DNA of 64,000 nucleotides, taken from the IMG/VR virus record IMGVR_UViG_3300027689_000001, positions 1 to 64,000 of that record; one strand, given 5' to 3'. Position numbers and translations under genes: made by a program. Origin of the DNA: a virus (taxonomy: Duplodnaviria; Caudoviricetes). The notes under the pieces were generated by a model. It saw nothing but the letters and a program-made list of their open reading frames with translations, was not told the DNA's origin and searched no databases. This document shows positions 56,704 through 64,000 of the stretch, in pieces. Each line of letters opens with the position of its first letter. Position 1 is the stretch's first letter.

Positions 56704-57171
56704 CTAATTTGCTAATTTGTATTTTATTCTTGCAGATAAAGATTCATATGTCTCATCGAAGATGGATATCTTGAGCATAATACGCTCGGTATCTCCGTTC
56801 GTCACGGAGTGTGGCAATGTAGTGTTTAGCAATGCTTGTTGATACGTATAGTCAATACCCTCAACGGTAATCGGAGCAGGATTCTCGGTTATGATCAGAT
56901 TGATAGAACACTGCGTCCCATTGTCTACATGCTGCGGTATATCTGCGAAAGGTTCTAACCAATAGAATCTTGGACTTCCATCAACTTCGAAATCGCGCAT
57001 TATCTTATCGATATGCTCATCAGTATATCGCCCAATATACCAATCCTCTTTCCTTTGTCCTGGATACCGCGAATCAGTATATGGTTCAGCACACAGTTTC
57101 GCATTCACTGCTGACTGTAGTAGAGCGACAGTGTCCAAAGGATAATCTAGTAGAGTAAGTGGATTTGTCAT
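56704..57171 (-). CDS. Small cupin / 2OG-Fe(II) oxygenase-like protein
   Basis: IPQHVD, CSINL, LNTTLPHSVTN, RIMLK. Confidence 0.6.
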   Translation of the reverse strand: MTNPLTLLDYPLDTVALLQSAVNAKLCAEPYTDSRYPGQRKEDWYIGRYTDEHIDKIMRDFEVDGSPRFYWLEPFADIPQHVDNGTQCSINLIITENPAPITVEGIDYTYQQALLNTTLPHSVTNGDTERIMLKISIFDETYESLSARIKYKLAN

Positions 57172-57983
57172 ACTTTATCTAAGAATTTCTGAGTGACTGC
57201 TTCGTGCCATTCTTTTCCTGGATGCATCAGATCTCGACCCATTGTTCCCGTCCATCCTTGGTCAGTCATAAGAGTTGTTAACTCTATTTTATCCAGAGGT
57301 TTTTCTATGAGTGCTGCACCGATGCTGTTGCATATAGACTGCACACCCAAGGAACACTTCAATAGGTTCATTTCGGCATTAGCAGGGTGCGACAACCAAG
57401 TATTATAAAACGGTTCAACCTTTTCTCTGACGCCAGTTCTTTCAAGATGCTTCAAATAGTTTGGCATTAATTGAATAATCGCTTTGTCCGCCAATATCTC
57501 CATTCTTCCCCCGTAGGGTGTGAGCATCATCACATATTTCGGACGAAGTCTAGGGATCCAGTGGTGCGCCAAACGGAAACACATATCGGGTCCACCACCT
57601 CCCACACCAAGGTTATATCGACGAAGTCCAAGTCTGCTCGCCACTTTATACGCCCAAGTACTCTCCAAATCTACGCCAATACCGACAGTAAGGGAGCAAC
57701 CGAGGAAAAGCACGGAGTCGTCTGGTTCGTAAGTAAACTCCTCCGAGCGAAACCCGTCTTTGTTAAAGGTATACGTAATATTGTCTTTCGTCCACCCGTT
57801 CTTCTCCAGCAATGCACGCTGCTTCGGGTCTGCCATGTTCTGGTCGAACAGTTCTTCGAAGTCACTGGGGCACCAATTAACTGTCGTGTCGATATACTTG
57901 TTTAAACCATACCAACTCTGCCCGTAACTATCACATGTTTCACTCACTAGCAAATCTCCCCTTTGTAATATCTTTCCACTCAT
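57168..57983 (-). CDS. SGNH-like protein
   Basis: YTFNKDGFRS, FLGCSLTVGIG, NLGVGG, RDLMHPG (DxxH). Confidence 0.65.
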   Translation of the reverse strand: MSGKILQRGDLLVSETCDSYGQSWYGLNKYIDTTVNWCPSDFEELFDQNMADPKQRALLEKNGWTKDNITYTFNKDGFRSEEFTYEPDDSVLFLGCSLTVGIGVDLESTWAYKVASRLGLRRYNLGVGGGGPDMCFRLAHHWIPRLRPKYVMMLTPYGGRMEILADKAIIQLMPNYLKHLERTGVREKVEPFYNTWLSHPANAEMNLLKCSLGVQSICNSIGAALIEKPLDKIELTTLMTDQGWTGTMGRDLMHPGKEWHEAVTQKFLDKV

Positions 57984-58578
57984 CTGGTGATACTCTTTCC
58001 TTATTCGCCATAAAATCCTTATAGAGATCTACCTCATTCTGCAACTCCTCTAGGGAATATCCCACATTCTCCACATATACATCCTCTGCTGTAACAGAAT
58101 CTCCGACATACGAATCCGTGCGACGAGACTGAAAGAGTTCGTCTCTTCTAGGAACATAGTTATTCAGTTCGTAGAAGTCTATAATACGAAAATTCACTCC
58201 CACCAAGATATTATACATGTATGGAAAGGAGTGAGAATATAACGCATGCAGAGATTGTCTATAGTTTTCTTTCCCAAGTTCGACAGCATATCTAAAGGTC
58301 TTCGCCTCACTCCACTCATCCTCAGCGAGAGCAACCAAATCCCTATGCATGTCTGTAGTCAGTAGTATCATGTCTTGTGTAGCATAGGAAGTCGCAGACC
58401 TAACACGATCCAATGGATGGCGAAGAACTACGATGGGATTGTGGTGTTCTTTCCATTCCTTTACGCTATGTGTATGCATCTCAGAATACGCTTCCATACC
58501 ATGATAGTAATACATGTTGGTATGCCCACAGCGAGTCGCTGCTAGTATCGCGTATTTACTGTTACATCGAATGAACAT
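57940..58578 (-). CDS. Sulfotransferase-like protein (paralog 1)
   Basis: TRCGHTN (5'-PSB-like loop), VVLRHPLDRVRSA (3'-PB-like). Confidence 0.5.
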   Translation of the reverse strand: MFIRCNSKYAILAATRCGHTNMYYYHGMEAYSEMHTHSVKEWKEHHNPIVVLRHPLDRVRSATSYATQDMILLTTDMHRDLVALAEDEWSEAKTFRYAVELGKENYRQSLHALYSHSFPYMYNILVGVNFRIIDFYELNNYVPRRDELFQSRRTDSYVGDSVTAEDVYVENVGYSLEELQNEVDLYKDFMANKERVSPDEWKDITKGRFASE

Positions 58579-59095
58579 GGTTATCTCTCTGTGTGTTCGT
58601 CAATTTTTTCCATTCTTCTACTGATACTCTGTCCTTGGTTACCATAAATTCGTTATAGATGTCCAATTCGGTTTGCAACATCTGAAAGGAGTAGAACTCA
58701 TTCGCGACATAAACATCCTCAATCGTTGCATCTCCGACACGCGAATTGCTGCGATATGACTGCATCTTTTCCCTAGGAATATACTGCTCAAGGTCATAAA
58801 AATCTATGATGCGAAAATCAAATCCTATCATATTGTGCATATAGGGTAAAGAGTGTGTACCAAAAATTATGAGATTTTGTTCCTCATCCTTAATAAGTTC
58901 GCAATACGCTGCAGCAGACATCACACGGTCTAAAGGATTACGAAGAACTACTATAGGATTGTGATGCTCTTTCCAATGCCGAAAAAGAAACCCAGTGTCA
59001 GAATGTAGTGCCCGACCGAAGTAATGATACATGTTGGTATGCCCACAGCGAAGTTTCACCATGACAGCACAATTACTGGAGCAGAGAATAAACAT
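58562..59095 (-). CDS. Sulfotransferase-like protein (paralog 2)
   Basis: LRCGHTN, VVLRNPLDRVMSA; clearly homologous to 57940..58578. Confidence 0.5.
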   Translation of the reverse strand: MFILCSSNCAVMVKLRCGHTNMYHYFGRALHSDTGFLFRHWKEHHNPIVVLRNPLDRVMSAAAYCELIKDEEQNLIIFGTHSLPYMHNMIGFDFRIIDFYDLEQYIPREKMQSYRSNSRVGDATIEDVYVANEFYSFQMLQTELDIYNEFMVTKDRVSVEEWKKLTNTQRDNHVHSM

Positions 59096-59281
59096 GTTGA
59101 ACCTTTTCGAACCCTGTATCTGGCCGCAAAAAAATTAAAGACGCATTATATAGGAAAGTGTGTAGCGGGAGAGCGATTGCGTTTTTCAGACGATGTTAAA
59201 GCAAGTCGTCGCTTAACCCCTCGCACCGCTCGGGTACCTTGTCCAACTTTCCATAGCTCACTTTCTCTAGAGCCAGTACTA

Positions 59282-59524
59282 CTACACGCCACGAGGGACG
59301 CGAAGGAGGCGCATTACATCTTTGTCAAGATAGTTACCCACAGCGGACCACTGACGGAAGGCGACACACTCGGTCGCTCGAGCAGCGCAACGGTCGATGT
59401 TGGCGCAACCCTCACAGGGAACATCGCGGACGTTCTCTGGGGTGTTCAGGGGAAGGAGGGCATTCGCTGATCGACCCTTGATGTAATCTTGTTCACAACC
59501 AACTGAGAAATATTCGGTATTCAT
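59282..59524 (-). CDS. Hypothetical Cys-rich protein
   Basis: PCEGC..RC..EC; AAGG RBS. Confidence 0.6.
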   Translation of the reverse strand: MNTEYFSVGCEQDYIKGRSANALLPLNTPENVRDVPCEGCANIDRCAARATECVAFRQWSAVGNYLDKDVMRLLRVPRGV

Positions 59525-59542
59525 AATAACTTTTCCTTTGCT

Positions 59543-59686
59543 TTATTGTGAATCAATTTCTATTATCCTGTCCCAATTTATGCTGTACGGTAATTTTAGG
59601 TCTCTAAACTCTATGAGCTGTGCTACCTTGTCGGTCGCTTGTTGATATATCTTATAAACGTCTGCTAGGGTGTATTCGTAAGCCAT
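59543..59686 (-). CDS. Hypothetical 47-aa protein (not in track)
   Basis: MAYEYTLADVYKIYQQATDKVAQLIEFRDLKLPYSINWDRIIEIDSQ; GAAGGA RBS, directly after an early promoter. Confidence 0.65.
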   Translation of the reverse strand: MAYEYTLADVYKIYQQATDKVAQLIEFRDLKLPYSINWDRIIEIDSQ

Positions 59687-59719
59687 AATTTAATCCTTCA
59701 TTTCATAGACGACATAGTC

Positions 59720-59748
59720 AGTATACCTCGATTTGCTGTATAAGTCAA
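59720..59748 (-). promoter_or_regulatory. Early promoter TTGACT-N17-TATACT
   Basis: Read directly; shares 27 nt with the promoter at 46274. Confidence 0.8.
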
Positions 59749-59843
59749 CACTTTTCTTCATCTTTCTACAAATAAAATGATCCCCCTGCCATCGCTGACA
59801 GAGGGACCAGTAGGTGCACAGAGAGAGAAAGGAAGGAAACTCC

Positions 59844-60137
59844 CTATGCAGTAACACCAAATTCTTCGTCAACCCACGCCTGTCGACGAGCATCAGCACG
59901 CTTGTTGTATTCGCGCACTTCGATCTTCTGGTTGGTGTAGTCCACCGCAGAGACCAGTTCGTCGATCCCGTCCTTGGCGACCGCAGCAAGCACTGTCTCG
60001 AGGTAACCAGCAACGTAAGAGTAGTGATTCCCCGAGAGGTCCAGCAGGTTGTTTACCAACTGCCGAGCGAGTTCGGAGGAGGTGTAGACACGAGTCACAG
60101 CAGGGTGAGTGTAAGGGACAAAATCAGTCATAATCAA
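59844..60137 (-). CDS. Hypothetical protein
   Basis: 97 aa, overlaps the upstream stop. Confidence 0.65.
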   Translation of the reverse strand: MIMTDFVPYTHPAVTRVYTSSELARQLVNNLLDLSGNHYSYVAGYLETVLAAVAKDGIDELVSAVDYTNQKIEVREYNKRADARRQAWVDEEFGVTA

Positions 60138-60427
60138 TTGCTCCAGTAAGATTCAGAGGCAGGTGAACAATGGTAAGGAGTATTCTCACGTTCGAGGAAC
60201 TTCTTACCAGTCATCATATTGGTTTTTTCGACCATAGTAGTATTACCTAGTTCCAACGCATAAGCGATGGCGAGGTGCTTGCGAGGAAAGGTACGAAGCG
60301 AATTGGTCACCCCAGCGACGGTTTCAAGCACGTGGAAACCCTTGAACATTTTGTCATAGGGAGTAACCGAGAAGCGCGAGTGGCGGAGGACATTGGTAGA
60401 ACGAAGCATAATTTTTTTCCTTTTCAT
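60134..60427 (-). CDS. Hypothetical protein
   Basis: Ends NMMTGKKFLERENTPYHCSPASESYWSN; probable start 60409 (MLRST) after AAGGA. Confidence 0.65.
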   Translation of the reverse strand: MKRKKIMLRSTNVLRHSRFSVTPYDKMFKGFHVLETVAGVTNSLRTFPRKHLAIAYALELGNTTMVEKTNMMTGKKFLERENTPYHCSPASESYWSN

Positions 60428-60438
60428 ATTATATACAC

Positions 60439-60467
60439 AGTATACCTTATTTTTAGGATAAAGTCAA
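60439..60467 (-). promoter_or_regulatory. Early promoter TTGACT-N17-TATACT
   Basis: Read directly from the sequence. Confidence 0.8.
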
Positions 60468-60929
60468 CACTTATCTTGCTTCCCGACAACTTTTTTTTGT
60501 GCCCTGTCGCGGTCAGTGGCGAAGTGTGAGCGGACTAAGACAAACCTCGACACACCCCAAAACGCCCCATTTCGCTCCATTCGATTCAAGAACAGGACTA
60601 TGCGTAAAACGTACTAAATGTTAGCGAAAAGTACTAACATTCACATTTTATTCATATTAGAGACATCAATATCACACCAGCAGCGAATGCATTCAGTAGT
60701 GATACCTTACGTATAGTATCATTCTTCACATCTTTCCATACATAATATGCATTCAATAACAATAATAGTACACCAATTACATTCCATATCATTTACTTTA
60801 CTCCAAACAGTTCATTTAATGCTTTTTCTTTAGATTCATTATCACGGAATTCAGGATAGAAATCATCATAAGTTCTCTTAAAAGACTTGTTCAATGCTTC
60901 TGTATATTCTTTTTGCATGTCGTTATTAT

Positions 60930-61466
60930 TCATATCACAAACGACCACAGAGATGTTTCTGGGTATAGAGTTGCAGGAGTTCCCAGCATTTCTTCTAAGT
61001 TCTTTACATTTTCTATCACATCAGGCCAGTCAAGGGAATAATCATGTCCGCAGAGTAGACCACCACTCTTTATATTGTTTATACCAAACAATATGATATG
61101 CCAATCATTTGGATTAGAGTGTGTAGCATCTACGAAGAATATATCTGCAGGTTTGTCTACGTATCTGGAGTATTTAAAGAATGGGCAGACTGCCATGATT
61201 GGATGGATATTAGAGATATCTTTAGTGTTCTCGCGGAACTCATCATAGAAGTCTACATCTTCTCGTGCATCATAAAATCCATCCACGCAATATACATTCA
61301 CGGAGGGATCGCAGGACTTTGCCCATGCGACTGCGCTGCGTCCATACAGACTGCCTACCTCTACGATGACACCACCTTCTGGTACTGCACTCGCCCATTT
61401 CTCGATGACCTGGAGTTCGGTCTCATCCATGTGTCCCTTGATTGACATATCATACATCGTCTTCAT
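60930..61466 (-). CDS. Class I SAM-dependent methyltransferase (Methyltransf_24-like)
   Basis: IVEVGSLYGRS, YCVD, FFVDATH, GGLLCGHDY. Confidence 0.85.
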   Translation of the reverse strand: MKTMYDMSIKGHMDETELQVIEKWASAVPEGGVIVEVGSLYGRSAVAWAKSCDPSVNVYCVDGFYDAREDVDFYDEFRENTKDISNIHPIMAVCPFFKYSRYVDKPADIFFVDATHSNPNDWHIILFGINNIKSGGLLCGHDYSLDWPDVIENVKNLEEMLGTPATLYPETSLWSFVI

Positions 61467-61748
61467 CTCCCATTTCTTCCAGCATTTCCAGCAGTTGCCT
61501 GACGGTTAGATCATAATATGCATACTCACGATCATACTGATTAGGATATTTCTTCTCGAGTTGCGCTCGTATGCGTCCTGCAAGTTTAGATAAATCAGTC
61601 ATAATATATTTCCTTTAAAAATGATACTCAACCCAGTAATAGGCAGTCTTGCCACTAGACCATGTTACCTTGCTGCCTCGATATCGCTTATACGGAACCA
61701 GAGGTGATTCAGTTGGTAGTGGTAGTTGCTTCCATTCTTTCTCAGTCA

Positions 61749-62165
61749 TTAGATACCAGACTTCTTTACCAGATCCTTGTATCCACGCCATGATGGATGG
61801 ATTTTGTCAGGTTGGACGTAGGATGTAGAGATGGTGACATCATTGTATTGTGCAGCAATCTGCTTTACGACGGCATTTACCTTGGGTTTACAGAATCCAC
61901 TATTACACGGAGGCATGACCCACACAACCTTCACAGAGCGAATACGATATCGAATCTTCTGTAGTTCTTTATATGTGTTTACACCAGAGTGGTCGTTGGT
62001 GCCCAGACTGATTACTACAGTCTTTGCCTCGAGTGGAGTGCTACCCCAGCGTTTGTTCCACTGCCACGTGTTGTATCCACCCTTGGAGTGGGATACGCAC
62101 TCAGTGGGTGCAAACATCTTGGTGCCAACTGCGATACTATCGCCCATGATTAAACACTCTAACAT
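61749..62165 (-). CDS. SGNH/GDSL hydrolase
   Basis: MGDSIAVG, SLGTND, DKIHP. Confidence 0.8.
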   Translation of the reverse strand: MLECLIMGDSIAVGTKMFAPTECVSHSKGGYNTWQWNKRWGSTPLEAKTVVISLGTNDHSGVNTYKELQKIRYRIRSVKVVWVMPPCNSGFCKPKVNAVVKQIAAQYNDVTISTSYVQPDKIHPSWRGYKDLVKKSGI

Positions 62166-62452
62166 TATATGCTCTCTCTATCACGGTTTTCGTTCATGCG
62201 CTTGATATCAGCAGCACGTTGCTTCTTGAGTTCTTCAGCAGTGGCAACAGCATTCTTCTGCACGGCATACTCAATCAGTGCATCTTTACTCATGCTGGAC
62301 TGAAGATCCGCAATGATAGACTGAAATCGTTGGACTTCGCTACTCGTAGGAGCATAGCGAGTGACCGACTCGAGTCGAGTCTCGGCGAGTCGCAACTTAT
62401 CGAATGCATTAAACGTTTCGGCAGTCTTGGTGTTAATCATAATATCAGGCAT
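62165..62452 (-). CDS. Hypothetical protein
   Basis: 95 aa, AGGA RBS, behind a promoter. Confidence 0.7.
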   Translation of the reverse strand: MPDIMINTKTAETFNAFDKLRLAETRLESVTRYAPTSSEVQRFQSIIADLQSSMSKDALIEYAVQKNAVATAEELKKQRAADIKRMNENRDRESI

Positions 62453-62484
62453 AATCTAGTTTCCTATTCAATCTTAGAATTACC

Positions 62485-62513
62485 ATTCTACCCGATAATT
62501 GAGCAGAAGTCAA
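62485..62513 (-). promoter_or_regulatory. Early promoter TTGACT-N17-TAGAAT
   Basis: Read directly from the sequence. Confidence 0.75.
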
Positions 62514-62522
62514 TAGTTTTAT

Positions 62523-62705
62523 TCATTGTCTGATATTATATATGTCATGATGCTCTGATAGTTTGTCACTCTTCAGTGCTTCCTCAGCAATATTGGCACA
62601 TGTATACCCATGTCCATGTCCATTCGAGTGACCGAACTTCTGTATACGTTCTAGTGCTTCTTTGTATCGTTGTTCAGTTTTACTTGTCATCATCAACCCA
62701 TTCAA
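62523..62705 (-). CDS. Hypothetical protein
   Basis: Short co-oriented ORF with HSNGHGHG. Confidence 0.5.
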   Translation of the reverse strand: MNGLMMTSKTEQRYKEALERIQKFGHSNGHGHGYTCANIAEEALKSDKLSEHHDIYNIRQ

Positions 62706-62842
62706 TCTGATGAAATGCTACCACTCGCTCAGAGATATTACCATCATCGTCTTCTAGATTCAGAGTGACTCCAGTCGAGTTTGGACGAGACTTGAGAGAA
62801 TGCACAAAGTAAACCTTATCGACATCCTCCCACATATCATTG

Positions 62843-63031
62843 TTAATCGTGCAGCGCATGTTCTTCCTCCGTGTCTACAATATGTAATAGGTTTGGTTCG
62901 CGGGATGCGAAGAATGCTCGATTAAACTGCTGGTTGATTGCTGTGTAATCTTCTGACGTCTGTCGCACTACATACTCAGTTCGACTCTGGTCTGTCCATC
63001 TACGTAACTCATACCTCATTAGAAGTTCCAT
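62843..63031 (-). CDS. Hypothetical protein
   Basis: Short co-oriented ORF. Confidence 0.5.
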   Translation of the reverse strand: MELLMRYELRRWTDQSRTEYVVRQTSEDYTAINQQFNRAFFASREPNLLHIVDTEEEHALHD

Positions 63032-63591
63032 CCTCTTTCCATAAATTTATCAAATCTCAGTTGAGACATCGAAGACATCGGTTGTTGATGCTTTGGATTT
63101 TTAATCAGCGTCTTGCTCTTGATAGCATCATACTGCTGACGAGAGATGAATAGTTGCTGCTTTGCCATGTCGAAGTATGGCATCGTATGCACAAAGTCGA
63201 ATGTCTCACGATGCTTCTTATCCGTCTTGATGATGACCTGTAGTCCATTCTTAAACGTAATGGCATTGGCAGTCACTAACTTACCGCCAACATTGGTTAT
63301 GGTCATGTATTCAGAAGTAACATCTGCAACCTCATTTAAAGTGGGAGTGTCACTCATTACGAATGATTCGAACCGAGATATAGTCACAGAATCCCTTAGA
63401 TAGACATCCCAGTCATGGACTTCTTCATCGAGGAATAAAGACGCAAAGCATCCACCAGTCAGGATGGATTCCTTAAAGAAGGGATAGTTGTCGGTTGGTA
63501 GATCAGATAGCAGTTCGCGCAGTTTCTTCTGCACGATATCTTTTACGGATTCGATCTCAGCACGTTCAGCGTCATTGAATACAGATGTCAT
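63019..63591 (-). CDS. Nucleotidyltransferase-fold protein (Pol beta/CCA-adding-like head domain)
   Basis: ILTGGCFAS..DWDVY (hG[G/S]..DxD), FDFVH. Confidence 0.6.
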   Translation of the reverse strand: MTSVFNDAERAEIESVKDIVQKKLRELLSDLPTDNYPFFKESILTGGCFASLFLDEEVHDWDVYLRDSVTISRFESFVMSDTPTLNEVADVTSEYMTITNVGGKLVTANAITFKNGLQVIIKTDKKHRETFDFVHTMPYFDMAKQQLFISRQQYDAIKSKTLIKNPKHQQPMSSMSQLRFDKFMERGWNF

Positions 63592-63614
63592 ATCAATCCT
63601 CTCATAATATAATC

Positions 63615-63643
63615 ATTCTACCTTAAATTGGTCGAAAAGTCAA
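63615..63643 (-). promoter_or_regulatory. Early promoter TTGACT-N17-TAGAAT
   Basis: Read directly from the sequence. Confidence 0.75.
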
Positions 63644-64000
63644 GCGATATTTGGAATTAATCCGAACGTAGATGTTTCTTTTTTGATTGTTGCTGGGATA
63701 AGTGCGTCTGTCAGACTACCCATGTTGAATATCTGCGGCACTGCCAGTTGCAGGATATCGCATGCTGTAAATGGATTCTCTCCACGAACGATCTTTACGA
63801 CCTTTTCGATGCATGTGTAGATAGAATTGACAATAGGAATTGCCTTTATTAGCGCAGAAGCAGAATCAATAATGTCAAAGATAGCACCAATAAGACTCGT
63901 GCGGAAGATCATTCTTGCCTTGTCAATCAGATGATCGAACGCATCCTCCAGATGATGTAGTAGATACTCCTTGGATATAATCACCTTGGTTTTCTTCAAC
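63640..64000 (-). CDS. Hypothetical protein (probably begins beyond the window)
   Basis: Frame is open to the window edge. Confidence 0.55.
   Translation of the reverse strand, partial: LKKTKVIISKEYLLHHLEDAFDHLIDKARMIFRTSLIGAIFDIIDSASALIKAIPIVNSIYTCIEKVVKIVRGENPFTACDILQLAVPQIFNMGSLTDALIPATIKKETSTFGLIPNIA

Noticed and set aside
60652-60792. Programmed frameshift in a small membrane ORF (MIWNVIGVLLC / LLNAYYVWKD..)
   Set aside because: It looks like a single-base deletion or sequencing error in a tiny gene; there is no slippery motif and it cannot be supported further.
1-64000. Alternative genetic code
   Set aside because: Conserved genes translate full length in the standard code and TAA, TAG and TGA all serve as stops.

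Overview
A 64 kb segment of a large T4-like (myovirus) phage genome that uses the standard genetic code. The two-piece tmRNA suggests an alphaproteobacterial host. 1-27.7 kb is the baseplate/tail module: a DUF4815/VrlC-like protein, gp8, gp7, gp6, gp25, a split gp5, gp27 with an M23 domain, gp53, gp48, gp4, gp2, gp54, gp26, gp51 and a tape-measure-like protein. 27.7-34.5 kb holds gp32, gp59, gp33, a SleB-like hydrolase, a permuted tmRNA, TauD, an exonuclease, PhoH and a DenV-like gene. 34.5-45.9 kb is a tailoring operon of six tandem radical SAM enzymes with a carbamoyltransferase, a methyltransferase, an SGNH-like protein and a small basic peptide. 46.7-47.6 kb is a decayed CHASE2-adenylate cyclase. 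48-56 kb is a candidate DNA hypermodification operon (TET/JBP-like oxygenase, Ntn amidotransferase, amidoligase, GNAT, amino acid:DNA transferase-like protein, P-loop kinase, DruA-like protein). 56-64 kb has small early genes behind repeated TTGACT-N17-TATACT promoters. Signals missing from the ORF track: the permuted tmRNA with a 3-nt spacer, a -1 slippery site that would fuse gp26 to gp51, and an ~80-aa module inserted into three virion genes and nested inside itself in gp7. All family calls come from motifs recognised by eye; no database searches were run.
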